Notes under the pieces: generated by a model | Seen by the model: the letters and a program-made list of their open reading frames with translations, nothing else | Database searches by the model: none | Told to the model about the DNA's origin: nothing | Source: Candidatus Eiseniibacteriota bacterium | GTDB taxonomy: Bacteria; Eisenbacteria; RBG-16-71-46 | Assembly: GCA_044223005.1 (NCBI GenBank) | Contig: JBGAML010000006.1 | Location: forward strand, 64,001-128,000 | Reading direction: 5' to 3' | DNA length: 64,000 bases | Part shown: piece after piece, positions 51,324 to 61,253 of the stretch | Position numbering within the stretch: position 1 is the stretch's first letter | How the letters are laid out: each line of letters starts with the position of its first letter | Program-made: the position numbers and the translations under genes

Positions 51324-52520
51324 ATGGCGACCCGAGCGGGGGTGGGCAGGAGCGCGAGCCGGCGCTCGCGGATGGCGGCGAGGGCCGCGACGGAACGCGC
51401 GTGCGCATCCCTGGGCGGAGTGCGCCCCGACCTGTGCCTCGTCTTCGCGGGCGACGCGCACGACCACCCCGAGGTCCTCGCCGGCGTCGCGGAGGCCGCG
51501 CCCGGGGCTGCGATCAGCGGCTGTTCCGCCGAGGGAGTCATCGGCGAGGGCGTCTCCGACGAGAGCGAGGCCTGCCTGTCCGTGATGGCCGTGCAGTCGG
51601 ACACGCTGCGCTTCGAGACCTTCCTGGTGAAGAGCTTCGCCGAGGATCCCACGCGCTCCGGGCGGGAACTGGCCGCGGCCGTGACGGCGGGGGGCATGGA
51701 CGACGCGCTCGGGCTGATCGTGCTGCCCGACGGACTCGCGGGCGACAGCGGCCGGATGCTGGCCGAGCTGGAAGCCGGGCTGCCGCGGCCGCTCGTCATC
51801 ACCGGTGGCACCGCGGGGGACGCGCTGCTTTTCCAACGGGCGTTCCAGTTCGGCGGCGACGAAGTCGCACGCGGCGCGATCGCCGCCGTGCTGGTGCGCG
51901 GCCGCGGCCACATCGAGACGGCGGTGAGTCACGGCTGCGAGGCCGTCGGACTGGAGCGCAGGGTCACGGACGCCGAGGGCGGCTGGGTGCGGCGCATCGA
52001 CGGCGAACCGGCGTGGAGCGTGTTCCGCGCGTACCTCGACGGCGAGCCCGAGGACCTCAACACCGAGGGGGCGATCTACCTTTCGATCGGTGTGCCGTTC
52101 CCGGGGATCGATCGCGGCGAGTACGAGCCCTACCTGATCCGCACTCCGGTCGGGCTCGACAAGCCGACCGGCGCCCTGTTCTTCCCGGCGGGAGGATTCC
52201 GCGCGGGGGACACGGTGCGCATCATGCGTCGCGATCCGGACATGGTCTGCCGCAGTGCGCAGGCGTGCGCGCGGCGGATCGCCACGCGGTCGGGAAACCG
52301 GCCGCCTGCGTTCGTGCTCCAGTTCGACTGCGCCGGCCGCGGGCGCCAGCTGTTCGGCTCGCGCGCGTCCGAGAACATCGTCCACCCGCTGCAGTCCGAG
52401 CTCCCCGGCGAGACGCCGTGGATGGGTTTCCACACGTACGGCGAGATCGCGCCCGTGGCCGGGCGCACCCGCTTCCACAACCTGACGACCGCGCTGGTGG
52501 CCGTCTACGACGAGCCGTGA
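51324..52520 (+). CDS. FIST N/C domain sensory protein (NosP-like)
   Basis: GCSAEG, GGTAGD, SHGC, IDG.PA, DCAGR, GFHTYGEI, FHN.T. Confidence 0.85.
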   Translation: MATRAGVGRSASRRSRMAARAATERACASLGGVRPDLCLVFAGDAHDHPEVLAGVAEAAPGAAISGCSAEGVIGEGVSDESEACLSVMAVQSDTLRFETFLVKSFAEDPTRSGRELAAAVTAGGMDDALGLIVLPDGLAGDSGRMLAELEAGLPRPLVITGGTAGDALLFQRAFQFGGDEVARGAIAAVLVRGRGHIETAVSHGCEAVGLERRVTDAEGGWVRRIDGEPAWSVFRAYLDGEPEDLNTEGAIYLSIGVPFPGIDRGEYEPYLIRTPVGLDKPTGALFFPAGGFRAGDTVRIMRRDPDMVCRSAQACARRIATRSGNRPPAFVLQFDCAGRGRQLFGSRASENIVHPLQSELPGETPWMGFHTYGEIAPVAGRTRFHNLTTALVAVYDEP

Positions 52521-54415
52521 GCGAACCCACCGGGCACGACGCGACCGCCGGCGAACTGGAGCGGCTGCGACGCGAGAACGAGGCGCTGAACGGCCAGGTC
52601 CGGCTCCTCGTGCTCACGGAGCAACGGCTCTACCGTTCGCAGAACGAGCTCGACGCACAGCTCGAGCTGGTGCGTGCGCTCGCGAGCTTCGCGCTCGAAT
52701 CGTCGGCGTCGGAGGAGCCCGAGGAGACGATCGTCCGCGCGCTCGAACTGGTCGGGCAGTGCTTCTCGCTCGACTGGGCCGGGTACGTGCACGTCGGGCC
52801 GGGGCCGAACGAGGCGACGGTGCTGCGCTCGCTGGACGAAGCGGGCGCGACGGCGCGGTCGTTCCCGCTCGCGATGGCCGACACGGCGTGGCTCGGCACG
52901 CGCGCCAACGCGGAGCTGCAGCGCTGGTCGGCCGCGTCGCCGCCCGCGGGCTGGCGCGTGATCGCCGCGGCGTTGCCGGCGCTCGTGCCGGACGGGGGCT
53001 CGTCGACGCCCGCCGAGATCGCCTGCGTACCGCTGCGGGGCTCGGGCGCGTTTCCACCGGGCATGCTGATGCTGGTCAGCCTGCGGCCGCGGCCCTTCTA
53101 CCTGCAGTCGGGCCCGGTGGCCGAGCGGCACCTGCCGTACCTCCAGCTGATCGCGCACCACGTCGACCACGCGCTCGCCAACTCGCACCTCACGCGCTCA
53201 CTGCGCGATCGCAGCGCCGAGCTCGTGAACAGCCTCGAGCGGCTCGAGCGCGCGCAGCAGGAACTCGTGCAGGTGCAGAAGATGGAGGCGATCGGCCGCC
53301 TCGCCGGCGGCGTCGCCCACGACTTCAACAACTTGCTCACCGTGATCCTCGGCTACGCCTCCGCGCTCACCACGTCGCTGCCCGAGGGCTCACCGGGGCA
53401 CCAGAACGTCACCAAGGTCGTCGAGGCCGCCCAGCGCGCCGCCAACCTGACTCGCCAGCTGCTGGCGATGGGCCGCCGCCAGGTGCAGCGCCGCGAGGTG
53501 TTCTCGCTCGCGGAGCAGTGCGAGCGTACGGTCGAGCTGCTGCGCCGCCTCGTCGGCGAGCACATCCGGATCGAGCTCGACCTCGACCGCGCGCTGCCCG
53601 CCGTGCACGCGGACCGCACCCAGGTGGAACAGGTGCTGCTCAACCTGATCGTCAACGCGCGCGACGCCATGCCCGAGGGCGGGCAGCTGCGGATCGCCGC
53701 ACGCGCGGCGACCGACGACGACGCCCGCCGGTGCGACGAGCCGATCAGTCCCGAGCGCTTCGCGGTGCTCGTGGTCGAGGACAGCGGTGTCGGCATGGAC
53801 GCCGCGACGCGCGAGCGAATCTTCGAGCCGTTCTTCAGCACCAAGCCCACGAGCCGCGGTTCGGGGCTCGGGCTCGCCGTGGTCTACGGCATCGTGAAGC
53901 AGAGCGAGGGGCACATCCTCGTCGACAGCGAGCCCGGGCATGGCGCCGCGTTCCGCGTGCTGCTGCCGCTGGGCGAAGTGCGCGCGAACGAGGCCCCCGT
54001 GGCGCGCACCGTGGCCCGCCCGGGCGCCGACGCGCCCGGGGCAACCGTGCTCGTGGTCGAGGACGAACTCTCGATCCGCGAGGTGATCCGCGCGGCCCTG
54101 CGCCGTTCGGGCTATCGCGTGATCGAGGCGACCGACGGCGAGGACGCGCTCGCCCGCTGCGGCGAGAGCGCTCCCGACCTGGTGCTGACGGACGTGCTGA
54201 TGCCGCGCATGGGCGGCCCGGCGCTGGCTGCGGCGCTGCGGCGCCGCTTTCCGAAGCTGCGCGTGGCCTACATGTCGGGTTACGCCGCCGACTTCAAGGA
54301 CGGCGTCTCGGGCGGCGACCACGGCGACGACTTCCTCGCCAAGCCGTTCACGCCGGACGACCTGCGCGCGTTCGTCGCGCGCCAGATCGACCGTCCGGCA
54401 CACGACGGCGCCTGA
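52517..54415 (+). CDS. Cytoplasmic hybrid histidine kinase (HisKA-HATPase-REC)
   Basis: [50 protein letters not shown]. Confidence 0.92.
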   Translation: MSEPTGHDATAGELERLRRENEALNGQVRLLVLTEQRLYRSQNELDAQLELVRALASFALESSASEEPEETIVRALELVGQCFSLDWAGYVHVGPGPNEATVLRSLDEAGATARSFPLAMADTAWLGTRANAELQRWSAASPPAGWRVIAAALPALVPDGGSSTPAEIACVPLRGSGAFPPGMLMLVSLRPRPFYLQSGPVAERHLPYLQLIAHHVDHALANSHLTRSLRDRSAELVNSLERLERAQQELVQVQKMEAIGRLAGGVAHDFNNLLTVILGYASALTTSLPEGSPGHQNVTKVVEAAQRAANLTRQLLAMGRRQVQRREVFSLAEQCERTVELLRRLVGEHIRIELDLDRALPAVHADRTQVEQVLLNLIVNARDAMPEGGQLRIAARAATDDDARRCDEPISPERFAVLVVEDSGVGMDAATRERIFEPFFSTKPTSRGSGLGLAVVYGIVKQSEGHILVDSEPGHGAAFRVLLPLGEVRANEAPVARTVARPGADAPGATVLVVEDELSIREVIRAALRRSGYRVIEATDGEDALARCGESAPDLVLTDVLMPRMGGPALAAALRRRFPKLRVAYMSGYAADFKDGVSGGDHGDDFLAKPFTPDDLRAFVARQIDRPAHDGA

Positions 54416-54418
54416 GCG

Positions 54419-55708
54419 TCAGTCGCCGAGCACGCCGTCGGCGCGGCGGCCTTTCGCTTCCTCGCTGAGCTTCGGCGGCTCCGACGTCTCCGGGGCACCG
54501 CGGAATGCGAACCAGAACGTCGCCGCTCCGGTCGCGTAGAGCACGGCGGTGATGTAGAACGGCATCGCGTACCCGAAGCGCTCGATCACGGTCCCGGCGA
54601 ACATGGCGCTCACGGCCCAACCGATGTTCCAGACCAGGTTGGTCGTGCTCGTCGCCCGCGCGCGCAGCGCCTGCGGCATGCTCTCCATGACGAAGGTCTG
54701 GAGCAGGGGCGAGGCGGCCTGCATGAAGGTGGCCCGCAGCCAGAACGACACCACCGCGACCGGCAGGTGCCGTTCGGCCCCGAGCGTGACGAGGAACGGC
54801 AGCGAGAGCAGTTCGGACGCGATCGCCGTGCGCAGCTTGCCGTAGCGACGCGCGATCGCCGGCCCGAGCAGCGCGGCCGCCGCGGTGAAGACCTGGGCGA
54901 TGGAGAAGTAGGTCCCGATGCGTGCGCTCGAGCAGTCGAAGCGGTCCTTGAAGTAGAGGTTCATGAACGGGATCACGAGTCCCGCGCCCGTGCCCAGCAG
55001 GAAGGCGTTGAGCGCGATCGGCAGCAGCTTCCGCCGGTCGTCGGCGGTCACCGGCTCGGCTCCGTGCGCGAGCGGCCGTTCGTCGAGCCGGCCCATCGCG
55101 AGCAGCGGCACGACGCAGCCCACGGCGAGTGCGGCCCCGGCGATCAGCGACAGGCGGTAGGCGGTGAAGAGGCTCGTCGCCGGGCGCAGCACCTGCACCA
55201 CGTGCGGCAGTGCGCCGCCCGCGGCGCTGCCGATCACGCCGGCGACCAGGGCCGATGCGAAGAACGTGCTGAAGAGGTGCGTCCGCTCGCGCGGGGTCGA
55301 ATGCTCGGTGATGAACGGGGCGGCGGCGATCTGGAAGAGCGCCTGCCCGACACCGATCGCGACGCCCATGGCGAGGATCGTCCCCGCGTGAGTCGTGCTC
55401 GCGCGCAGGGCGTGGCCGAGCCCCTCGAGCACCGCGCCCACGAGGATGCAATTGCGCCGGCTCCATCGCTCCGCCAGCACGCCGGCGGGGAGCGCGGCGA
55501 CCGCAAGCCCGATCGCGTTCATGCCGATCGCGCGCCCGACGAAGCGCTCCGGGAAACCCGCCTCCACGAGGTACAGATTGAACAGCACGCCGAACACGCC
55601 GTGCGCCGTCCAGACGAGGAACTCGCTGAGCAGGTAGAAGCGCGCCGGTCGCGAGAAGTGCCGCGCGGCGTCACGGAAGTCGGTCCAGGCGGAAAGCAGT
55701 GGGGACAT
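54419..55708 (-). CDS. MFS transporter
   Basis: About 12 TM segments, G.LAERWSRR motif A. Confidence 0.85.
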   Translation of the reverse strand: MSPLLSAWTDFRDAARHFSRPARFYLLSEFLVWTAHGVFGVLFNLYLVEAGFPERFVGRAIGMNAIGLAVAALPAGVLAERWSRRNCILVGAVLEGLGHALRASTTHAGTILAMGVAIGVGQALFQIAAAPFITEHSTPRERTHLFSTFFASALVAGVIGSAAGGALPHVVQVLRPATSLFTAYRLSLIAGAALAVGCVVPLLAMGRLDERPLAHGAEPVTADDRRKLLPIALNAFLLGTGAGLVIPFMNLYFKDRFDCSSARIGTYFSIAQVFTAAAALLGPAIARRYGKLRTAIASELLSLPFLVTLGAERHLPVAVVSFWLRATFMQAASPLLQTFVMESMPQALRARATSTTNLVWNIGWAVSAMFAGTVIERFGYAMPFYITAVLYATGAATFWFAFRGAPETSEPPKLSEEAKGRRADGVLGD

Positions 55709-55718
55709 GAGCTCCGGG

Positions 55719-55756
55719 AAAAAAAGAGCGACGGCGGCTCGGGGAGCCGCCGTCGC
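55719..55756 (-). terminator. Intrinsic terminator
   Basis: GCGACGGCGGCTC-CCC-GAGCCGCCGTCGC followed by TCTTTTTTT on the minus strand. Confidence 0.8.
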
Positions 55757-55782
55757 GAGTGAAGCGAACGTTCAGGCGGCCG

Positions 55783-56394
55783 TCATGGCAACGAATCGTA
55801 GGCGATGTCGGAATCGATCGTGTGCAGTGCGGCGCCCTGCACGCGGAACATCGGTTCGAACGCGGCGGGCGTCATCGCGATCAGGATCTTCGCCGTGCCC
55901 GTGCCGGCGTTCTGCATCGCGTGCGGCACGCGCCCGTCGTAGTGGCACGAGTCGCCCGCGTCCAGCAGGATCACATGCTCGCCGCAGGTGAGGCTCACGC
56001 GGCCCTCCACGCAGAGCACGATCTCCTCGCCGTGGTGGTAGTGGCGCTTGTCACCGGCCGTCATGCCCGCGGGCAGCTCGGCCATGATGAGTTCGAGGTT
56101 GCGCTTGGGCTGGGCCGAGATCACCTCGACGTGCGAAGTGGTGCCGCCGACCTGCAGGCGCGGGCGCTCGCCGGCGCGCACGACGTGGGGCACCTGTTCT
56201 TCCTCGACGACGAGGTAGGCGACCGACGTTTCGAGCGAACGGGCGAGATCCTGGAGCGTGGCCAGCGACGGCGACGTCCGGCTGTTCTCGACCTGGCTGA
56301 TGAATCCCTTCGAGAGCCCGGTGGCTTCGGCCAATTGCTGGACGGTCATGCCGCGGCGCAGCCGAAGGTCGCGAATCTTCTTCCCCAGTTGCAT
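55783..56394 (-). CDS. XRE-family HTH + cupin transcriptional regulator
   Basis: LAEATGLSKGFISQVEN..TSPSL; HHGEE cupin, PH. Confidence 0.9.
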   Translation of the reverse strand: MQLGKKIRDLRLRRGMTVQQLAEATGLSKGFISQVENSRTSPSLATLQDLARSLETSVAYLVVEEEQVPHVVRAGERPRLQVGGTTSHVEVISAQPKRNLELIMAELPAGMTAGDKRHYHHGEEIVLCVEGRVSLTCGEHVILLDAGDSCHYDGRVPHAMQNAGTGTAKILIAMTPAAFEPMFRVQGAALHTIDSDIAYDSLP

Positions 56395-56432
56395 GGCACC
56401 TCCGGTCAGGGATGCGGGAAGGCTCACACTGA

Positions 56433-56472
56433 AGTTGTTCACAACTCTAAAACAAGCTTCAGGCCCAGTCAA
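56433..56472 (-). promoter_or_regulatory. Sigma70 promoter with overlapping palindromic operator
   Basis: Minus strand TTGACT-N17-TAGAGT; palindrome AGTTGT-TC-ACAACT at 56433-56446. Confidence 0.7.
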
Positions 56473-56487
56473 CGACCCTGACGAAGT

Positions 56488-58317
56488 TCAGTGTGGCGAA
56501 CCGTTTCCGGAGGGTTCCGGGGCCTCGGGGCCGCGGCCAGCGAGGAACTGGAGCTGGTAGAGCCGGGTGTAGAGCCCGCCCAGGGCGAGCAGCTCGGCGT
56601 GGGTGCCGGACTCGCGGACGCGGCCGTGGTGCAGCACGACGATCCGGTCCACGTCCTGGATCGTCGACAGCCGGTGCGCGATCACGAGGCTCGTGCGGCC
56701 GTGCATGAGGCGCTGGAGCGCCTGCTGGATGAGCCGCTCGGTGTGCGTGTCGACGCTCGAGGTGGCTTCGTCGAGCACCAGCAGCTCGGGATCGCGGGCG
56801 AGGGCGCGCGCGAACGAGAGCAGCTGCTTCTGGCCCGACGACAGCGTGGCGCCGCGCTCGCGCAGCGGCGCGTCCCAGCCGCCGGGAAGCCGCTCGACGA
56901 ACGCGTCCGCGGCCACGTCGCGGGCGGCACGCCGCAGGGCGTCGTCCGTGAGCCCGGGATCGCCGAGGCGCAGGTTCTCGAGCACGCTGCCGCTGAAGAG
57001 GAACACGTCCTGCAGCACGAGCCCGATCCGCCGCCGCAGCGCCTCGGCGTCCCATTCGGCGAGCGGGCGGCCGTCGACGCGGATCTCGCCGCGCTGCGGC
57101 GCATAGAAGCGCAGCAGCAGGCTCGTGATGGTCGTCTTGCCCGAGCCGGTCGCGCCGACCAGCGCGAGGCGCTCGCCGGGCTCGATCGTGAACGACACGT
57201 CCTGCAGCACGAAGTGCTGGCCGTCGTAGGCGAACCACACGTGGTCGAACTCGATGCGTGCCCCGCGCGTGCCGGCGGGCCGCGCGTCCGCCGGCGCGGG
57301 CCGGTCGAACGACACCGAGGCGGCGTCCGCGGGCGTGTCGAGCAGCGCGAAGATGCGCTCGGAGGACGCCATGGCCTGCTGCAGGATGCCGTACTTCTCG
57401 GACAGGTCGGAGATGGGGCGGAAGAAGCGCTGCGTGTACTGGATGAACGCGACCAGGGTGCCGAGCGTGATGCCGGTCCACATGACCTGGCGGCCGCCGT
57501 ACCAGATGATCAGCGCCAGCGCGATCGCCGAGACGAGTTCGAGCAGCGGGAAGAAGATCGCGTGGTAGGTGTTGGCGAGCAGGTTCGCGTCGCGGTGGTC
57601 GGCGTTGATGCCGCGGAACTGCGCGGCGTTGCGCGCTTCGCGGTTCAGCAGCTGTACCGTGCTCATGCCCGACAGGTTCTCGTTGAGGAACGCGTTCAGT
57701 CGCGCGAGCCGCGTGCGCACCTCGCGGAACACGCGCCGCACCTTCACGCGGAACGTGAGCGTGACCACGAAGATGAGGGGCAGCACCGAGAACGTGACCG
57801 CGAGGAGCTCGACGTTGAGTCGCGCCATCATGATCACGATGCCGATCAGCATCGACAAGTCGCCGAACAGCGCGTCGACCCCCGACGTGAAGAGCTCGTT
57901 CAGCACGTCGACGTCGTTGGTCACCCGCGTCATCAGCCGGCCGATCGGGTTGGCGTCGAAGAACGACGCCGGCAGCCGCTGCAGGTGGCGGAACATCGCG
58001 GTACGCAGGTCGCGCATCACGTTCTGGCCCACGGACTGCATGACCTGCGTCTGCAGGTAGCCGAGCACGAACGCGGCCAGCAGCGCGGCGAGGTAGACGA
58101 GCGCGATGCGGTCGAGCGTGTAGGTGTCGCGGTGGCGGATGCCGTAGTCGATCGCGACCTTGGTGAGCCACGGGAAAAGCAGCTGCACCGCGGCCTCGGC
58201 GAGCGTGACCACGACGGCCAGCGCCACCTGCGCCTTGTAGGGCGCGAGGTAGGCGGTGAGCCGCCGCATGAGCCGGTGGTCGTACGCCCGGCCGGTCTCT
58301 TCGTCCGTCTCGCTCAC
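56488..58317 (-). CDS. ABC exporter subunit (MdlB-like)
   Basis: TMD + GATGSGKTT, LSSGQKQ, LDEATS, AHR. Confidence 0.92.
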   Translation of the reverse strand: MSETDEETGRAYDHRLMRRLTAYLAPYKAQVALAVVVTLAEAAVQLLFPWLTKVAIDYGIRHRDTYTLDRIALVYLAALLAAFVLGYLQTQVMQSVGQNVMRDLRTAMFRHLQRLPASFFDANPIGRLMTRVTNDVDVLNELFTSGVDALFGDLSMLIGIVIMMARLNVELLAVTFSVLPLIFVVTLTFRVKVRRVFREVRTRLARLNAFLNENLSGMSTVQLLNREARNAAQFRGINADHRDANLLANTYHAIFFPLLELVSAIALALIIWYGGRQVMWTGITLGTLVAFIQYTQRFFRPISDLSEKYGILQQAMASSERIFALLDTPADAASVSFDRPAPADARPAGTRGARIEFDHVWFAYDGQHFVLQDVSFTIEPGERLALVGATGSGKTTITSLLLRFYAPQRGEIRVDGRPLAEWDAEALRRRIGLVLQDVFLFSGSVLENLRLGDPGLTDDALRRAARDVAADAFVERLPGGWDAPLRERGATLSSGQKQLLSFARALARDPELLVLDEATSSVDTHTERLIQQALQRLMHGRTSLVIAHRLSTIQDVDRIVVLHHGRVRESGTHAELLALGGLYTRLYQLQFLAGRGPEAPEPSGNGSPH

Positions 58318-60122
58318 GAGGCCTCGAGCTCCTCTTCGAGCTGCTGCGCGCGGTGAAGCGCTGCGTAGCGGCCGCCCAGCGCCAGCAGGTCGTCGTGCCG
58401 GCCGCGCTCGACGATCGCGCCATCCTCGAACACCAGGATCTCGTCCGCGTCGCGCACCGTGGAGACGCGGTGCGCGACGATCAGCGTCGTGCGCCGGCGC
58501 ATCTCGCCGCGCAGGCCGGCGAGGATCGCCTCCTCGGTCTGCGTGTCCACGCTCGACAGGCAGTCGTCGAGCAGCAGCACGGGCGTGGGCCGCAGCACCG
58601 CGCGGGCGATCGCCGTGCGCTGCTTCTGGCCGCCCGAGAGCGTGATGCCGCGCTCGCCCACGCGGGTCGCGAAGCCGTCGGGGAAGCCGTCGACGTCGCC
58701 TTCGAGGTGCGCGACGCGGGCGGCGGCGCGGATCGCGACAGGGTCCTCGGCGGGCACGCCGTACGCGACGTTCTCGGCGATGGTCGCGGAGAAGAGGAAC
58801 GGCTCCTGCGGTACCACGGCGAGCTGTGCGCGCAGCCAGTCGAGGTCGAGGTCGCGCACGTCCCTGCCGTCGAGCAGCACGGTGCCCGGCGGCGGGTCGA
58901 ACAGGCGCGGCAGCATGGCGAGCACGGTGCTCTTGCCGGAGCCGGTGCGCCCGACCAGGGCCACGGTGGACCCCGCGGGCACGCGGAACGAGACGTCGCG
59001 GAGCGCCGGGGTGGTGGCGCCGGGGTAGGTGAACGAGAGGTTCCGGAACTCGAGCGTGCCCGGCGTCGCGTCGGGCCGCACCGCACCGGGCGCGCTCGCG
59101 ATCGACGGCACCTCGTCGAGGATCCGGGTGATGCGGCCGAACGAGGCCATGCCGCGCTGGAAGAGGTTGATCACCCAACCGAGCGCGACCATCGGCCAGT
59201 TGAGCATGCCGAGGTAGACCGTGAACGCCACGAACTGGCCGAGCGTGATGTGCCCGTGCACGGCCTCGCGGCCGCCGACCCAGAGCGCGAGCAGCGCCCC
59301 GGCGCCGGAGAACAGCGTGAGCGTGGGGATGAAGAAGCCGGAGGTGCGGATGAGCCCGAGGTTCTCGGCGCGGAAGGCCTCGTTCTCCTCCTCGAACTGC
59401 AGCGACTGGCTGCGCTCGGCGGCGAACGCACGCACCACGCGCATGCCGCCCAGGTTCTCCTGCACGTGCGCCGAGATCTTCGCGAACCGCTCCTGCACGC
59501 CTTCGAAGAGCGAGTGCACGCGCTTGCCGAAGTACCACACCGACAGCGAGACCAGCGGCAGCGGCAGCAGCGAGTAGAGCGTGAGCCGCGGGCTGATGCC
59601 GAGCATGAACACCACCGACACGATCCCCACGGTGACCGTGTTGACGGTGTACATGAGCCCGGGCCCGAGCATCATGCGCACGGCGGACATGTCGTTGGTC
59701 GCGATCGACATGATCTCGCCCGTCCGGTGGTCCTGGTACCACGGCACCGGCAGCGTCTCGAGGTGCACGAAGAGCTGGTTGCGCAGGTCGTATTCCATGC
59801 GCCGGGAGATCGCGATCACGAGCTCGCGCATGGCGTACTTGAAGAGCCCCGAGGCCACCGCGATCGCGAAGATCGAGAGCGCGTAGCGGCCGAGCTTCTC
59901 GGCGGTGACGCCGCGGTAGAGGTCGTCGACCGAGTGCTGCAGGACCTGCGGCTGGATCAGCGCGATGACGTTGGCCGACGCGACGCACAGGGCGCCGAGC
60001 AGGAGGCCGGTGCGGTAGGGGCGCGCGAGGCGCAGCAGCCGGTGCAGGGGGGGTGTGATGCGTTCACCTCGTGCGGAGGCCGCGGTTCCGGACGGAACCG
60101 CGGCCTCCGCGCGCGCGCTCAC
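58314..60122 (-). CDS. ABC exporter subunit (MdlA-like); start uncertain
   Basis: TMD + GRTGSGKST, LSGGQKQR, degenerate Walker B LLDD. Confidence 0.9.
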   Translation of the reverse strand: MSARAEAAVPSGTAASARGERITPPLHRLLRLARPYRTGLLLGALCVASANVIALIQPQVLQHSVDDLYRGVTAEKLGRYALSIFAIAVASGLFKYAMRELVIAISRRMEYDLRNQLFVHLETLPVPWYQDHRTGEIMSIATNDMSAVRMMLGPGLMYTVNTVTVGIVSVVFMLGISPRLTLYSLLPLPLVSLSVWYFGKRVHSLFEGVQERFAKISAHVQENLGGMRVVRAFAAERSQSLQFEEENEAFRAENLGLIRTSGFFIPTLTLFSGAGALLALWVGGREAVHGHITLGQFVAFTVYLGMLNWPMVALGWVINLFQRGMASFGRITRILDEVPSIASAPGAVRPDATPGTLEFRNLSFTYPGATTPALRDVSFRVPAGSTVALVGRTGSGKSTVLAMLPRLFDPPPGTVLLDGRDVRDLDLDWLRAQLAVVPQEPFLFSATIAENVAYGVPAEDPVAIRAAARVAHLEGDVDGFPDGFATRVGERGITLSGGQKQRTAIARAVLRPTPVLLLDDCLSSVDTQTEEAILAGLRGEMRRRTTLIVAHRVSTVRDADEILVFEDGAIVERGRHDDLLALGGRYAALHRAQQLEEELEAS

Positions 60123-61051
60123 GGGCGCGCGTCACCGCCGATGAAGCCCTTGGACCGATCGAGCTTCGTCAGCTTCCACGCGATGCCGGCGTAGTACTGG
60201 TCGACGTGCGGCGCGTTGCGGCCGGAGGGCGTGTGCCAGGAGCCGGCGTACACGTCGAGACCGCCGTCCACGCGGTACGTCACGCGCGGCCCGGCGACGT
60301 GCTGCTCGATGTCGTAGCGGCGGCCGGTCTGCATCGGCAGGTCGGCGCCGTAGAGCCCCGCGAGCTGCAGGCGGCCGACCCAGAACGCGAGCGCGGCGTG
60401 CGCGGTCGCGTGATCGGACCAGTCCTGGCTCGCCGCGTTGGCGGTGGTGTCGTCCACCGACGCGCGCGCGCCGACGGCGCGGTAGTCGTAGCGGTAGCCG
60501 CCGCCGACCGACCAGAACCCGCCCTTGCCGAGCTTGCCGCCGAGTTCGAGACCGGCCGACAGCTTCTGGCGGCCGTCGCCGACCGCGGGCGAGAGTTCGT
60601 CGTTGTAGCCGAGCGGCGCCTCCCAGCGCAGCTGGAGCGCCGAGACCAGGCCCTGGGTGGTGAGCGCCCGGCGGTAGCCGAGGCCGAAGTCGCCGAGAGC
60701 GGTCATGCTGGCGGGTCCGCCCGAGGGCGTCCACGTGCTGCTGGTCACGAACGGCACCGAGAACTGCAGGCTGGTGTGCTTGTGCCAGCCCATCTCGATG
60801 TACGTGCCGACCGAGCGCTGCTCGGCCTCGCCCGTGATGAGGCTGCGCTCGCTGTTGTCGTCGAACGCGGTGGTCGTGTGGAACGACGACCCCGTGGCGC
60901 CGACGTAGTACTCGCCGGGGGCGAGCACCCACGGCCCGGCGATGGGGGCGTCGGCGAAACTGGCGAGCGGTCCGGCGAAGGCGGCACCCGCGACCACGAG
61001 GGTCGCGGTGGCGGCCGCCAGGGCCGCGGCGAAGGAACGACGCAGGTGCAT
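60119..61051 (-). CDS. Putative outer-membrane beta-barrel protein
   Basis: Signal peptide, alternating aromatic beta strands, GDFGLG, SD GGAGG. Confidence 0.6.
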   Translation of the reverse strand: MHLRRSFAAALAAATATLVVAGAAFAGPLASFADAPIAGPWVLAPGEYYVGATGSSFHTTTAFDDNSERSLITGEAEQRSVGTYIEMGWHKHTSLQFSVPFVTSSTWTPSGGPASMTALGDFGLGYRRALTTQGLVSALQLRWEAPLGYNDELSPAVGDGRQKLSAGLELGGKLGKGGFWSVGGGYRYDYRAVGARASVDDTTANAASQDWSDHATAHAALAFWVGRLQLAGLYGADLPMQTGRRYDIEQHVAGPRVTYRVDGGLDVYAGSWHTPSGRNAPHVDQYYAGIAWKLTKLDRSKGFIGGDARP

Positions 61052-61253
61052 CCGGCCTCCCTGACGATGACGGCGATGATCCCGGTGACGGTCGCGCGAG
61101 AGTATCCGCAGGGCCCTCCGGCGCGCAAGACGCGCACGGGCCGCGCCGGGCGGGCTCGCCCTGCGAGCCGCGTCGCGTTCGCGGGCCGGCGCGGGCGCCC
61201 GCGGCCGGCCCGGCGCGGCCCGTCGCGTTGCGCGCGGGCGGCGCTGTGGCACC

